Positions 29,881 to 42,531 of a stretch of 64,000 nucleotides of DNA are shown one piece after another. Each line of letters opens with the position of its first letter. Positions within the stretch are counted from its first letter, which is position 1. The position numbers and the translations under genes are program-made. The notes under the pieces were generated by a model. It did not search any database, was not told the DNA's origin, and saw only the letters and a list, made by a program, of their open reading frames with translations. This DNA comes from Eledone cirrhosa (taxonomy: Eukaryota): NCBI GenBank assembly GCA_964016885.1, contig OZ024742.1, forward strand, positions 79,794,001 through 79,858,000. Direction: 5' to 3'.

Positions 29881-30709
29881 ATGCCTAGAAAACGTTCCAG
29901 ATCATTATATGAAGGTCATCTTCAGAAGCTAAGAGAAAGAAAACAGCGATCTGAAGAAAGTGAAGAAGTTCGGCATGCCCGTCTAGCTGCTAACAGAACC
30001 CAAACAGCTTTAGCACGAGCACACTGTTTGGATGAAAGTGAACAAAGGACTGCTACTACACGAGAACAACAAATCAAAGAACAGCAGCAAATCAGACGAA
30101 ATGCTAATCAAGCACATCGTACTACTGCCCGAGCAAGAGGCAAAGCCACAAGTAAAATGAACTGGCTGGTGGGTGCTTTTTCTTATGACCCCCAAAAGCA
30201 CTACAGCAGTAATCTACAAATCAACATTGGGAAAATGAACAAATGCTGCCAGTATTTTGGTGCCAAGAAGTGGGCAGCAGAAACACCATGTCTATGCTGC
30301 TCAAAAGGCAAAGTGAGCCTTGAAACAATACAAGAACCTCCTGAATTTCTGAAGAATCTGCTCCTTCAGCATACACCAGAAGCACGACACTTCAATAAAT
30401 ACATTATAAAATATAATTCTGCATTTCAAATGACATATTTTGGGGCTGACAGGAATACCTCTGAAGCCAACTGATTTGCCATTTGAATTTCAAAGACTTC
30501 AATTTCCGATCAGGCTCAGTTTTTCCATGACCATTAATAAATCTCAAGGGCAATCATTGAAAGTCGTTAGTTTGAATCTGGCAGATCCTGTCTTTTCACA
30601 TGGTCAACTCTATGTTGGCACAACAAGGGTTGGGAACCCTGATTGTCTCTTCATTGTGGCACCACAGGGCAAAAGCAAGAATGTTGTTTATCCAGAGGCT
30701 TTGGAATGA
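29881..30709 (+). mobile_element. Internally deleted Helitron (N-terminal Rep region joined to PIF1 helicase C-terminus)
   Basis: IGKMNKCC..AKKW..E..LCCSKGKV and YNSAFQMT.FGA are joined directly to IP..PTDLPFEFQRLQFP..FSMTINKSQGQSL..PVFSHGQLYV..RV..KNVVYPE.L. A SINE 3' fragment lies at ~29788-29853. Confidence 0.88.
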
Positions 30710-31643
30710 GCAATGTCGTAATTCCTCATTCAATGACAATACACACAGATCCTAATTCCTTCGTCATGTAGGTTGCAAGGAATTCTGAAGCCGCAAATTT
30801 ACTGCATGGTGTTACTTTGGAAGAATATGTAGGCATTCCCGGGTACCTCTGCTATATAAAGTAGTATAAGTGAGGACTTTGTTGGGTAGAAATCGCAGCC
30901 AAATTTCCTTCAAATTTCACCTTACTTTCTCAGGTATGTATATATGTATGAAGCAAAAAAGGAATGGTTCTATGTGATAACTCGATCTACTAGAAATATT
31001 AGCAAAATCCATTTCAAATCACAAACAACTGTCTTACACATATACATGTGTGTGTATGTATCTATGTATCTATGTGAGCCACTATAACTGTTGGTATAGC
31101 TAATAGAAATAGAAAACAAATCTCCCTCAAACAAGATCCTACTGCAATAGAGGCACAGATTGGTGAAAGCTACAGTGTACAAATTTAATTACACTTTCCC
31201 CGAATTACAGAAATGAGTAAGTAAATGCTTCATTCAATCATAAACCAATGCTAAATTTATTTTCTTATTTTATTTATGGTTTTTAAAAAAGTCTTTACGT
31301 GTTGTTTGAAATTTCAGAGGTTCAGATTGAACAGAAAAAAAAAAGAAAGAAAAGGATAAATAAATAAAATCTGAATGTATTTTTGGGGTCATTCCCTTTG
31401 CACTGACAACATACCTATTGATTCATCTATGAGTAAAGCATTATATATGCTGACTGTAATAGAGAGCAGTATTAAAAAAATCACCACTGGAAGAAAATAA
31501 TATTTTTATCTAGATGAATTACTTTGACCAAATGGCAATAAATATTCTGCTATAATTCCTACTTTGGTTAAAATTCAGCAATCATATTTGAATGGTCAAA
31601 TATTTTTTAATGTGTGCCAAATACATTGTAACTTTCATAAAAT

Positions 31644-31672
31644 ACCCGAGTATCACCGGGTAGATCAGCTAA
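31644..31672 (+). other. Possible Helitron 3' terminal hairpin + CTRR
   Basis: acccg-agtatcac-cgggt, 7 nt, then CTAA followed by t. Confidence 0.5.
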
Positions 31673-31815
31673 TATTTATATAAATAAATGTAATCTGTGT
31701 TTTTCGAATACCAATAATAATATTCGATTCGTTTGCAATTATGCAAACGGCCTCTTTCAAGCCATGTCAGTAGTATGAGCCCCTCATTCTTGTTCTTGTG
31801 TTGCTATGTAGAGAG

Positions 31816-31864
31816 AATTGCAGACACAAATGTTTCTGCATAATTACCCTTCTTCAGTGCAGTT
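31816..31864 (-). ncRNA. Type I hammerhead ribozyme, same family as 27794
   Basis: Minus strand: aactgca-CTGAAGA-agggtaattatgca-GAAA-catttgt-GUC-tgcaatt. Flanks ~31685-31930 match ~27700-27975 inverted. Confidence 0.75.
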
Positions 31865-32165
31865 ACTGTTCACTTGCCGACTGTGAGAGCTAGTGAAAAT
31901 ATATGGTATTGCATATCAGCAGATAGGCCAGTCAGTTTCATGTATACGAGCAATTAATGGCCGGCTTTGCCATATTGGAATAACTAACAAAAGTTTATCG
32001 CTCTCCATGGCTGAATATAATAAATGTAATCTGAGTTTTTCGAATATTGATAGTAGTATTCGATTCGTTTGCGATTATGCAAACAGCCGCTTTTAAGTCA
32101 TGCCAGTAGAATGAGCTCCTCATTGTTGCTCTTGTGTTAAACTTATATATATATATATATATACG

Positions 32166-32241
<76 letters not shown>

Positions 32242-32247
32242 TATATA

Positions 32248-32289
<42 letters not shown>

Positions 32290-32291
<2 letters not shown>

Positions 32292-34925
32292 TTTTGGATT
32301 CTTTCGAACATGAAAATGATAACCGGAATCAAATTTACAAACGGAAGGAAAAACGAACTGCAACGAGATATTAAAACTCTACTCAACAACCTAAGGAATA
32401 CCAAAGGAATTATCATAAAGGCAGACAAAACTTCGAATCTATACACCCTGGATGTAGAAACATATAACAATTTTATACGTAAGGAATTACATAGGAAATA
32501 CAAAAAAACAAACGCAACTACACTAACCAACATTAATAACGCAGCATGTGATATTGTTAGGAAACTGAAAATTGACGACAGAACGGTACCCCTATCCCCA
32601 GCTACACCGACTTTTAATCTGAAGGACCATAAGGATAACTTCGATACTAACCCTAAAATTAGATTAATATGTCCTTCAAAGTCCGATATAGGTAAGATTA
32701 GTAAGTACATATTAGATCGTATTATCCCCCAAGTTAAGGCTAGGGTAAATATTAAATTATGGGGTAATACTCATCAGGCAATAAGATGGTTCAATAACAT
32801 TAGGGACAAAAACAAATCTTCTTTTATTCAATTCGATATAGATGAATACTATTCCTCTATTTCACCCGAAACCCTGCATAAGGCCCTCTCTTTCGCTAAG
32901 ACTAACTCGGACCTCACAAACGAGGAAATTAATATTATACTTGGAGCTAGACGCACAGTAGTGCACTTTGAAAATAGTTATTGGGTCCGCAGGGATAGAC
33001 CCTCGGAATTCGACATTACGATGGGTTCTAATGATTCGGCGGAGGTCACGGATTTGGTTGGGATCTATATAGCCCATAGACTCCAGAGCGAATTTACGGA
33101 CCTCCACGGCGGAATATACCGCGACGATACACTTCTATTAGTCAAGAATATGAACAAACAAAACCTAGAAAGGCGACGTAAAAACATTAGGAAACTTTTC
33201 TTAGAACTAGGGCTTAATATTACCTTTGAACACAATCTTAAGGTGGTCAACTTCTTGGATGTTACCTTCAACCTTAATAACGGTAATATAGAGCCATTTC
33301 ACAAACTTAATGAAAATCTTAAGTACGTTAATGTAAAATCGAACCATCCTCATTCCATTATTAAATCTATCCCTAAAAATATATCCATAAGGATCTCCCG
33401 ACTGTCGTCTAATTTGCAGACCTTCAACGAGCATGCTGAATATTATAATGACGCACTTAGAAAAGCTGGTTACTGCGAGAAAATTGAATATCTAGACGAT
33501 AACCACATAAGTACTATGAATAAAACACATCTAAGTCGAACTAGTATTGCACCACACACACACACATCAATAGGCATACTAACAGGTGCAAACCAGCAAA
33601 TAGAGTCAGACGTAGAGAGTACATATGGTATAACCCCGTGTACAATTCTTCTATTAGCACTAAGATTATCTCACAATTCTATACACTAATCAATAAACAC
33701 TTTACAACTTCACATAAATACTATAAAATCTTTAACTCGCGCACCATTAGACCCTCATACTCCACTGCACCTAACATAGAACAACTAATTAGAAAACTCA
33801 ACTCAGCAATACTGAATAAGTACATCCCTAATGACTCAGCGCACCAGCATAGCAATATGCAACGCACTAACACGCAACCGCAACCCCACCAAACTATCCA
33901 GGATTCTACTGCAAAACATAAAAATAGTTGTAACTGCACCATACCAGGTACGTGCCCACTGAATAACCAGTGCCTAGCATGCAATATTGTCTACCGGTGT
34001 ACAATAAATTCCGGGACCAACAAATGGTATTACGTCGGATGTACCGCAACTTCTTTCAAGGCTCGCCTATACCAACATCGATCTTCGATCAGGCACGAGA
34101 AAATGCGCTCCGTAACAACCCTCACCGATAAAGCCTGGCAGCTTCGGAGGAACAATCAAGCGTTCTCCCTTGATTGGCAAATTATTGCAGCTGCGCCTGC
34201 ATATCAGCAAAATCATCGATTCTGCAAGTTATGCAATTTAGAGATATACTGCATTTTAACGTCGGTAAACAAACTTTTGAACAGCAAAATTGAACTTTCT
34301 CTATACTGTAACCATCGTTTGAAAACGACTTTTTCTTTTTTTAAATGCATATAATGTTACCTTTTTACACCAACGTTTGCAAATTTCTGTCTTATATGTT
34401 TATACACTAGATATGGCTTTCTATAATAATAGTACTAAACACTGTTTTTCTGGACCCCTTTAGAAATAACCTGCTACTATAATAGCCCTAATAACTTGTC
34501 TGTGACATTGTACCACTTTGAGCCCTCTAACTAAATTTTGTCCGAACAACACCACTAGAAGTATCTACTTCCCAGCCAACCTTAGCACGCCTCATTAAGC
34601 TAACTGCTGCCAAAACATTCTCTCTTCACAATCTCTACTAGTCTGACAGTCTTAAACCCTAAGACTCCCTCCACCTTACTCACTTCCCTCTTCCCTTCTC
34701 TTCCTACCTCCTTCTTTATCTTTTATCTAGTGTATAAAATATTTTCATATCATTCTAATACAAAGGTCTGATGACATGGTGTGTTGGCTTACAGTGTACT
34801 TTCGGTTTTTGATAATATTTGTGTATTATTCAAATAGCGAGGTATAGGTAACTCATACACTATAGAAACAATTGTTACCTAATAAATTCTATATACCCGC
34901 ATTTCCATTTCGTAAATTTTTTTCT

Positions 34926-34930
<5 letters not shown>
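32290..34930 (+). mobile_element. Penelope-like (Naiad-like) element: RT + GIY-YIG, 5'-truncated, one frameshift
   Basis: ORF 32199-33689 ([47 protein letters not shown]) and 33638-34354 (CNCTIPGTCPL, IVYRC..YYVG, CKLCNLE, CNH). (TA)n on both flanks. Confidence 0.95.
34764..34880 (+). ncRNA. Type I hammerhead ribozyme in pLTR, long stem II insertion
   Basis: aggt-CTGATGA(34768)-c-atggtgtgt...atacactat-a-GAAA(34865)-C-aatt-GUU-acct-AATAAA(34881). Confidence 0.85.
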
Positions 34931-34961
<31 letters not shown>

Positions 34962-35073
34962 GTATATATATATATATATATATACATATATATATACGTA
35001 TATATATATATATACATATATATATATACGTATATATATACGTATATATATATATATACATATATATATATAC

Positions 35074-35119
<46 letters not shown>

Positions 35120-36003
35120 GTATATATATATATATATTAGAAAATGTGTGTATATCTGGAAAAAGGAAAATAATTGTTCCTACTTTTTATTTTCACTTGT
35201 TGGTATTCTATAACAATAATAACAAACTGCTCTCTCAACACAAATATAAACACTCATTAAACACTCATTAACTTTGTTTTACACTTTGATTTTTATCTTA
35301 TTCCTTCACCAAAGACATCTTAGAGAGTAAATCTCACTACTTCTCCCTCACCTCCAACACCTTCCAGCCTCACTCTCAATCAAATATCTTGATTTTGCTC
35401 TATGTTTTTATTTTTTATTCTCATTAGAACTTCCCCAGACACAGCCTTTAATATAGAACAATACAGTATGGCAATCACTACCGTTGAATGCAACAAAATT
35501 CTCGAGAAAGTCAAGAAAAACCTTCCACCGAATTTAACAAAAGACTTATTAGATCTACATAATAAAATTATGAAATTATGAAATTGTAAAATTATAAAAT
35601 TAAATTGTTATAAAATACCATCTAGTAAAGTCATTCTTTTTTTTTCTATAATATATATAAATATATATAAATAAAATATATTATATATATATATATATAT
35701 AGGTAAGTTATTCCGGGTTGAATCGGAGGTAACCACAGTAAGTAAGGTACTCAATACATAGCAGAGTATAATGATGATTTCTAAAGAATGAAACAGTTCT
35801 AGTCCTGTAGAATCTCATCTATATATATATATATACACATTATACGTAATAAAAATGATAAACACAGATAAGAAAAATAATTAATCTTATTAATTGCACG
35901 CTTTGGATGAAAGAGAGAAAAGGTTTCGACGTAACGGATGTTATTTATTCATCAGGGAAGTACAATAGTTCAGAATTAAGAAAAGTACAATACTTCAGAA
36001 AAT

Positions 36004-36262
36004 AGACTATTTTGCAACTTCTACCTCTGTCGGTCGCCCTCACGTGTTGATTATTAAGTCTACTTATGACCATCTGGTGAGGGGGTGCAAGCTTATAATG
36101 TGCTACTATCTCCCCGTCAAAGGGAAATGTAAGCGTTGAGGTCATTCCACAATCAAGCTGATTATGCGTGCTCGTAATTGCAACGAAAAATGTTTTTTCC
36201 AAAGAACAAATATCTTCAACAAAGACATACATAGAGAGTAAAAAAGAGAGAGAGCGTGTGTG

Positions 36263-36311
<49 letters not shown>

Positions 36312-37942
36312 GACAGAGGGAGTAAAAAAGAGAGAAAGAGTGTGTGTGAATGAAATAGAGGGAGACATCGCCGAAAGAGAGAGTGTGTGTAAGTGATATA
36401 GAGAGAAAGTGACAGTTTACAGAAGGAGGCTTTTATGAAAAACTTTAAGTGTAATATAGATAGTCACGATACATTTCAGGGTAGGATATAGAGTAAAGAT
36501 AAGCCCTTGCTTAGCGGTCAATAACCAGGACGACTGCGGACCCCCCGCCAGCTCCCCCCAACCTACGTGCCAGCTGTTCCGAGTAATATCGTCTAGGAAA
36601 AGAAATGGAAATTAATTTTTCCGACCACTCCAGGAATGTAACTGTCTTAGGCGTCGGGCGTGTTAGCGGGAAGTCTCCCACCGCCAGCTGGCCAACATAT
36701 ATACCAAAAGGTTACTAGTAAATCACACAAGAGGTGGATTTAGTTAAGTTCTAGTAGTAGTAGGCATGATAGAGCTAATAGTTATGATTAAGCCTAGAAA
36801 TTAAAGGTACTATTTGGAGGTCAATGCCGCGGCGCGGCGAGTTCCAAGCCCATAATGTGAAGTTGAAAGTGGTAAAACGCGATGAAATGCTCTAATAGAC
36901 TATATTTAGTCCCCATTTAGTCCGGTTTATGTGTAGTGTAGTGCTTGGGTGGGTAGGGGGAGTGGATAAAGATAAACAGATATAAGGGTACAGAGAGTAA
37001 TATTCTAGGGTCGTGTGCTAATGAGCACAATTATAAGTATATAATGAGAGTAGGGCGAGTAAGTAAATACATAAATGAAAGGAATAATAAGCAAAAAACA
37101 TAAATAAAAAGCAAAATACATGAATAAAATGCACTCATAACTAGGGTGGTGATGCATGGAGTAAAACGGAAGTATATAAGAACATATCGAAGAAATCAAA
37201 ACACAGGGGAAATACAAGATAGATCAAGGGGCAGTTGGATAATACAAGGTTATACATATAGATATAGAGGATGGAAGAGATGGAATGGTATCAGGTGATA
37301 CCTAGTGTATGTTCGAGTCTTAATATTCAATGTGGATCCCAGGCCCTGAAGTATAGGATAGAGAATTCAGTCAATACAATACACGTTATATTAGAATACG
37401 TAGAATACTTTTGAGGAATCTATGAGGTCTGTCGGAGTCTGAATATTCTCGGCATAGAAGCAGCAGTGGACCAGGTGGGCGGTATACAAAGCTCAAAGCA
37501 GCCAAAATCCGAATGGTGTGTAGAATAGTTTGTAAACTGTCACTCTCTCTCTATCTATATCACTTACCAACACTCTCTCTTTCTCACTCTTTCTTTCTCC
37601 CCCTCTCTGTCGATATCTCTCTCTATTTCATTCACAAACACTCTCTCTCTTTTTTACTCCCTCTGTCACTCTCTCTCTCTCTCATTCACACACACTCTCT
37701 CTTTTTTACTCTCTATATATGCCTTTGTTGAAGATAGTTGTTCTTTGGAAAAAACATTTTTCGCGGCAATTTCGAGCTCGCATAATCAGCCTCATTTTGG
37801 CATGACCTCAACGCTGACATTTCCCTTTGACGGGGTGATAGTAGCACTTTATAAGCTTGCACCACCTCACCTGATGGTCATAAGTAGACTTAATAATCAA
37901 CACTTGAGGGTGGCCGACAGAGGTAGAAACTGCAAAATAGTC
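36004..37942. repeat. ~415-bp inverted repeat arms around a ~1.1-kb spacer
   Basis: 36004-36420 is the reverse complement of 37531-37942, which also gives the near-identical ORF text at 35945 (-) and 37745 (+). Confidence 0.9.
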
Positions 37943-38011
37943 TGCCGCCCCCTTGTCTCTGATTTTCCGCCCCATGGATTTTATCCGTTATATTCATTTG
38001 TTATATTTTGA

Positions 38012-38069
38012 ATACCTGTTGATGTCACCGGATTCATACTGAACCTGGTCATTGAAATGATCATAGTAT
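38012..38069 (+). ncRNA. Hammerhead ribozyme with A6U core change (CTGTTGA)
   Basis: atac-CTGTTGA(38016)-stem II-GAAA(38054)-U-gatc-AUA-gtat-AATAAA(38070). Confidence 0.65.
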
Positions 38070-38309
38070 AATAAACCTTTCAAGGATTTACTCCAGTCCA
38101 GCCTCCTGTTATTTTATAATAATTAACTCCGTACTCGTACCACCAACTACGCAAACGAAGACTGGTGAGTTGCATTACGTTGAGTGCTCTACATAGTTTT
38201 ACATCGAGGTTGACATACGGAATGACCAGCTCTATCCAGTGGTGAACCAACAAGCCTAAACATATAAATAATATACATATACACATACATACATACATAC
38301 ATACATACA

Positions 38310-38398
<89 letters not shown>

Positions 38399-38821
38399 AG
38401 AAACTGTTCTATTTTCTTACAACACACCCATTATGTACAATTCAATTGCATTAAGAATTACATAAGAACAATTTACTGCCTTTGTAATGTATATAATGGC
38501 TGTGATCTAAAACAATAAGCTAAAGGGGAATATGTAAAATCATCTCTTATTTCTTATTGATCTCCCCTCTCATAGCATACACATAATTCATCTATTGATA
38601 CCAATGACGTGGAGTGATCTTTCGTGGTTACACCAAGGTTTGTTGATTGCGTAGATCAACCAACAGGGGTTGTTGAATTGAAAAAAATATGTATATATGT
38701 TAAAACATTTTGTATATATATATATATATATACATAAATACATACATATATATATGTATATATATATATAATAATAATAAGGGTTGACGGACCCAGCATA
38801 TTTATCAATGCCAGTACCGGT

Positions 38822-38892
<71 letters not shown>

Positions 38893-39120
38893 GTTACTTT
38901 GATAGTTTTCGGTCAGTATTGGCCCAGGCCATGTCTAACTTAATAGGATTTTGGACACCATGGCCTACTCAAGTTTATGGAGACATATCCATAACCTTGA
39001 GTAGGTGGTTTATTCGGGATTTCTTGAAGGAATTTTCCCAAAGGCATTTTAAATTTTATGGAATCTGTTTCCGTTTAAATGTATTCTGGTACAATGTTAA
39101 AGAGAGCAGGACCAATTGAG

Positions 39121-39185
<65 letters not shown>

Positions 39186-39250
39186 TCCAGAAATATATAT
39201 ATATACACACACACATATATATATACAGTTCTTAGGCTTTTTGCATTTTG

Positions 39251-39492
39251 CTTTTTGAAAAGCATAAGAACTGTGAAACCGATAAAGGAAACAAATGAAT
39301 ATCACAATGAATATACCAGATGTGAGGAAAACCACAAACCCTCCATCTAAATTCTACTTTCGAAAAGCAGAAGAACTGCGAAACCGGTAAAGGGACCAAA
39401 TAAATATATATTTAAAAAAAAGAAGACTTTTCCTTATACTTTCTCTCGTGTAGGACACCTCGTTTTTTTTTCATTTTGTAAAAAAACCTCAC

Positions 39493-39500
<8 letters not shown>
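39251..39500 (+). mobile_element. Small non-coding unit with two tandem minimal HHR motifs (U3-A8 core)
   Basis: TTGAAAA(39255)..GAAAccgAUA-aagg and TCGAAAA(39360)-gcag-aagaa-ctgc-GAAA-ccg-GUA-aag, 105 bp apart, between (TA)n tracts. Confidence 0.65.
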
Positions 39501-39552
<52 letters not shown>

Positions 39553-40533
39553 TCTTGTTTAACCTCAGTTCAAGCAAGATGCAGGAACCATATGAAGAAA
39601 CGTATTTTACACGAGTCTAACATTTTAATATACAAATATAACCTCTGGTGTATGCATTGAAGGAGAATGAACGTAAAACTGTAAAAAGAAGAAAGAAGTA
39701 TTTGAATGATGCTTGTTTGCACTCTATGCCATCCCTGTTTATAAAGAACTATTGTTAAAAAATTCCATCTTTAACCAACACCTTTGCAGTTATAACTGTA
39801 TTCACATGTGACTCTCAACTGGTTTCAGATGGTAAGGAGATATTTATGTTTTTTCTGCTATTTTTAGTAAGGGATCATGTGGAATCAAATTCTATGGTTC
39901 CATAACCAGCCCTGCTTTGCTGTGAGTCCGGCGGGGTCAAACGATAAACAGTCCTTAATTTCAAAATTAGTCTTTGATATAGCATACACAGAATGGCAGA
40001 AGCAATGTGTTTAAGTCAAATTAAAGAGTATTTCGATAACAAGTGACGTGTCAACATTTTGAAATAGAGGTGACCGTTGTTACTCCAGAGAACAACTCGA
40101 AGCAACATTCCACTACATATAATACCTAAGCCAGTCACAGCAAATAAAGGTTAGAATTACACGAAAAAGTTTCTCAGATCGGATTTCATCATTTATTTTT
40201 TCTCTCAACCTGTCTTCCTTATTACGATTCTATAACATTAAAGATGTTGATATAAGTTAGGTTGGTAGGAATGAATAAACAAGATCCTAAAGATATCAAA
40301 TTTCTCGCATATCAAATTCCAAAGCTCACTATAACGTATTTTTATGGTGTAGATTTTCTCTATAATAAATTCTCACTTTGTATTGTATTATATTATATTA
40401 TTTATATATTTAAGAATATAATATAAAAAGCAGACAGCACATGCTGGCATGTTAAGTGATATTTATCTCAATTCGTAGATGGCATTTAAAATGCTTTGAA
40501 AGGTTGTTAAATATTCTCCGACACACACAGGCA

Positions 40534-40725
<192 letters not shown>

Positions 40726-40941
40726 AAATACAAAACATCTTTCATCTTTTAATATGTTTTCTTTACATTTCGTATAAAGAATAACGGTGTGAATCTATCT
40801 TTGAGACATCAGTGAGAAAGTTTAAAAGGTTGTGAAAAAGTCAAACAGATATGATGGGTGCTAAAGACCCAAACAAAATCCGCTTAATGGTGAACAGCAC
40901 CCTTTTAGTATAAATGTATGCATTCATGCACTTATGTATTA

Positions 40942-40981
<40 letters not shown>

Positions 40982-41674
40982 TATTTTCCGTTGTGTTGTA
41001 ATATAAATATTACACACAGTAGATTATCAGCTCACGTAGAGTTTGCTCGACGGTTCCAGTTGTAGTTCCAAAAGTAATCCGGAGAAAAATAGAAAGATTT
41101 GAATGGATACAGTTTAGTTGAAAGGAATTTATTGACACAGTTTATTTTTCATGGAAGCGTGGCCTTTTCCTGTTACCGCCGTCACCGTGGTGGGATCATC
41201 ACTGGTGTTGTTGTTCTTATTGCTATTGGCGTTTCCATTGTCTGGCACCCGAGTAATGGGTGCTCTCTGCCATTGGCTTGATACTAATATAAATGATGCC
41301 ACCACTATTACGACGAACGTGGTAGGTGATGGGCGGTATTAGTGTTTGTTGCCGTTACCATTGTTGTTGTTGCTATATATGGTCATGGTGGTTGATACCA
41401 CCAATTCTGTGTACCCACCTACCTCAGAACTCCTTTTTATTACTTTGGCCTTATCGTTGTTATTGTCAACAGGGTGATACCGTCACTACGACTGCTGCGG
41501 CCTGTATACACGACGCTGGTCTGTGTTTTTGCAGTTGTTGTCGTTGTTTCTGTTGTTGTTGTAAGTGCTTACTGCAGCTGTTACTTTAGTTGTTGTCAGT
41601 AGAGTAGTAATACCACTACGACTGTTGCGGCTAGTGTGGACGATATTGGTCGGCGGTTTGCTGTTATTGTCGTT

Positions 41675-41722
<48 letters not shown>

Positions 41723-41727
41723 GATGG

Positions 41728-41758
<31 letters not shown>

Positions 41759-41760
41759 GC

Positions 41761-41798
<38 letters not shown>
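41675..41798. repeat. (TTG)n microsatellite
   Basis: Directly visible. Confidence 0.95.
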
Positions 41799-41799
<1 letters not shown>

Positions 41800-42116
41800 C
41801 TATAGGTGGTTCTCAACAAAATATATACGCCACCCTCTCTCAGAGTTCCATTTGTTGCTTCCACTGTCTACTGGGCTTTGGCTACACACAGTTTTTCGTT
41901 TTTTTCGTTGATAGCTTTTTATGGCAAACACGACGGCTGGCAAACCCGTCAAGGAACCCATATGTCTGCTGGGCACACAAGAAATAGGACGTGTGTCTTT
42001 TCCTGCCAGCGACATATCAAACATATGGCGATTCATCTAAGGATACCGTTCTCATAATCAACAACAAATGCATGAAGGACATCTCGATTGCATGGAGAAC
42101 CGTGGAAATAATTATA

Positions 42117-42298
42117 ATTGTTTCTACTTTTGGCACAAGGCCAGCAATCACCCAGTGCATTACTGGTACTTTATTTTATCGACCCCATAAGGATGAAATG
42201 CAAAGTTAACCTCAACGGGATTTGAACTCAGAATGGCAAGGGCCGTAACTCTATGCGTCAAAGCATGGGGTCCGACCCACTACCGATACTGCCAATCT
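42117..42298 (-). mobile_element. SINE with imperfect TSD
   Basis: SINE core, flanked by ccgtgga(a/c)ataattataat at ~42100 and ~42300. Confidence 0.88.
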
Positions 42299-42451
42299 AC
42301 CGTGGACATAATTATAATGATTAAACGATATATGTAACCTCAGCATCTTATTTTGTTATTTTTATAAAAAATTCTCCATCGTAACTAAAAAAAAGGATTG
42401 TTGAGAGCTTTCTCCTGCTTCCTTCTGTTTTTACCAAAACAATTTTTTCCG

Positions 42452-42529
<78 letters not shown>

Positions 42530-42531
<2 letters not shown>

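Noticed and set aside
41030-41670. Possible minus-strand exon with a GTGAG donor and Thr/Asn-rich sequence
   Set aside because: Low complexity, no sustained ORF and no recognisable domain.
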